A stretch of 46,065 nucleotides of DNA from a virus (taxonomy: Duplodnaviria > Caudoviricetes): the IMG/VR virus record IMGVR_UViG_3300043388_000014, positions 1 through 46,065 of that record. One strand, 5' to 3'. Position numbers and translations under genes: made by a program. The notes below the pieces were generated by a model. It was not told the origin of the DNA, did not search any database, and saw only the letters and a list, made by a program, of their open reading frames with translations. Numbering within the stretch: the stretch's first letter is position 1; every line of letters starts with the position of its first letter. Positions 44,850 through 46,065 of this stretch are shown here, piece by piece.

Positions 44850-45091
44850 CCCAGCGTCTTCACGGAGTAGGCTCGGCGCTCGCTCCCTATCAGGCCGAGG
44901 CCATGCGCCTCCAGCAGGCCGGGGACATCCTGGATACCCTGGTAGGCTGCTCCGCCATATCGGCGGTCAGGGTCGGGGGAAAGTGGGCCGTCAGGGTGGA
45001 CGGCGGCCCGGAGCACTTCGGCACTGACCTGGCGGATGCCCTGGGGCAAGCGACTCAGGTGATTCTATTGAACAGGGAGAGCGGAGAATGA
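44846..45091 (+). CDS. Hypothetical protein
   Basis: GGAGGT RBS; ATGA coupling. Confidence 0.6.
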   Translation: MTQRLHGVGSALAPYQAEAMRLQQAGDILDTLVGCSAISAVRVGGKWAVRVDGGPEHFGTDLADALGQATQVILLNRESGE

Positions 45092-45492
45092 TACCGGCAA
45101 GTCACCTCAAGACACGGATCGACGTCGCGTGGGGCGTGCTGTTCCGGGCATGTGAGAGCTCGCGGGAGCTCTCGGGATGGCTCGACGAGGCCGAGGCCAC
45201 GGCGCTCAAGCAAGAGGCCCAACATAGGGCTATGGGCGCTCGGTTCACCCAGGGGCAGGCCTCTTACCGAGTATCTAAGAGCTATGCCGCGAGGTGCATC
45301 ATCATCGGTCACGTGTTTCGGGGGTACGGCGGGGAGGGCGACAACAAACCCCCGGAGAGCTGGGCCGATGCGGCATCTATCCGCCATGATTGCGCCCTGG
45401 CCTATGCCATCCGGGAGAAGCTCTCGCCCGAGACATTGGGCCTACTCGAGAACGCGGCGGCTATCGACTACGCGGGGGACGTCGCCCGATGA
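45088..45492 (+). CDS. Hypothetical protein
   Basis: GGAG RBS; 134 aa. Confidence 0.65.
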   Translation: MIPASHLKTRIDVAWGVLFRACESSRELSGWLDEAEATALKQEAQHRAMGARFTQGQASYRVSKSYAARCIIIGHVFRGYGGEGDNKPPESWADAASIRHDCALAYAIREKLSPETLGLLENAAAIDYAGDVAR

Positions 45493-45716
45493 TTAGCCGC
45501 CTCTCCCGCGCCCTCCGCCGCTTCCTTGCCCTGGACCGGCGCTATGGCGTCCGTCACTCAGGAGGCATCGAAAGGACGGGCATGTACTCCCGCCGCGAGG
45601 CCGAAGGCTGGCTCCTCCGCCGGGCCCAGCTGGTAGGCATCGTCTACCACTACGACCCGATTGACCTCCGCATGGTCGGGGCAGAAAAGGCCGAGCGAGA
45701 GTCGTTTCGCCCCTAG
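45489..45716 (+). CDS. Hypothetical protein
   Basis: ATGA coupling; MISRLSRALRRFL. Confidence 0.5.
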   Translation: MISRLSRALRRFLALDRRYGVRHSGGIERTGMYSRREAEGWLLRRAQLVGIVYHYDPIDLRMVGAEKAERESFRP

Positions 45717-45752
45717 TCGCGTGACCACAGTTCTGGTACTGAAAGGAACCCA

Positions 45753-46065
45753 ATGGCAATCCACGGAGCAGTAATCGAGCAAGCGTGCGCGGCGCTGAAT
45801 GACGAGGCGCGAGATATGGACCTCCAGGGGGCGGACCTCTACGGGGCGAACCTCCGGGGGGCGAACCTTGAAGGGGCGAAACTCGAAAGGGCGAACCTCT
45901 ACGGGGCGGACCTCTACGGGGCGAACCTCTACGGGGCGAACCTCTACGGGGCGAACCTCCGGGGGGCGGACCTCCGGGGGGCGAAACTCGAAAGGGCGAA
46001 CCTCTACGGGGCGGACCTCCAATGGGCGAACCTCCAATGGGCGAAACTCGAAGGGGCGAACGGGT
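45753..46065 (+). CDS. 5' part of pentapeptide-repeat protein A (continues at the window start, about 200 aa in total)
   Basis: AAAGGAA RBS, MAIHGAVIEQACAALNDEARDMDLQG followed by pentapeptide repeats; no stop before the window end. Confidence 0.85.
   Translation, partial: MAIHGAVIEQACAALNDEARDMDLQGADLYGANLRGANLEGAKLERANLYGADLYGANLYGANLYGANLRGADLRGAKLERANLYGADLQWANLQWAKLEGANG
45915..46065. repeat. Terminal overlap, right copy
   Basis: Matches 1-151 with 4 mismatches. Confidence 0.9.

Overview
The window looks like an essentially complete, circularly permuted, GC-rich tailed phage genome of about 45.9 kb. Bases 26-151 are repeated exactly at 45940-46065, and a pentapeptide-repeat gene runs across the junction. 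The organisation is podovirus-like, resembling P22. The + strand (1-10.2 kb and 43.5-46 kb) carries early, recombination and replication genes: an ERF annealase, a Cas4-like exonuclease, a ParB-like protein, an intein-containing SF2 helicase and a DUF968/HNH-like nuclease. The - strand (39.4 kb down to 10.1 kb) carries RusA, terminase, portal, a GroES-like protein, scaffold, capsid, tail and tailspike genes, ejection proteins and a lysis cassette. I recognised no integrase, DNA polymerase, primase, tRNA or CRISPR array. The most striking element is the helicase intein (5624-6457). It has no in-frame homing endonuclease. Instead it contains a complete Zn-finger plus Vsr/DUF559-type endonuclease gene in the +1 frame (5841-6449) with its own start and RBS. 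Other notable features are an ADP-ribosyltransferase-like domain in a probable ejected virion protein, a GTGACCAC operator in the spacers of several sigma70-like promoters (including that of a small RHH repressor gene), arrays of 16-bp palindromes, a stand-alone DnaB N-terminal domain, and AT-rich recoded patches inside terL and portal. All product calls come from motif recognition by eye, not from database searches.
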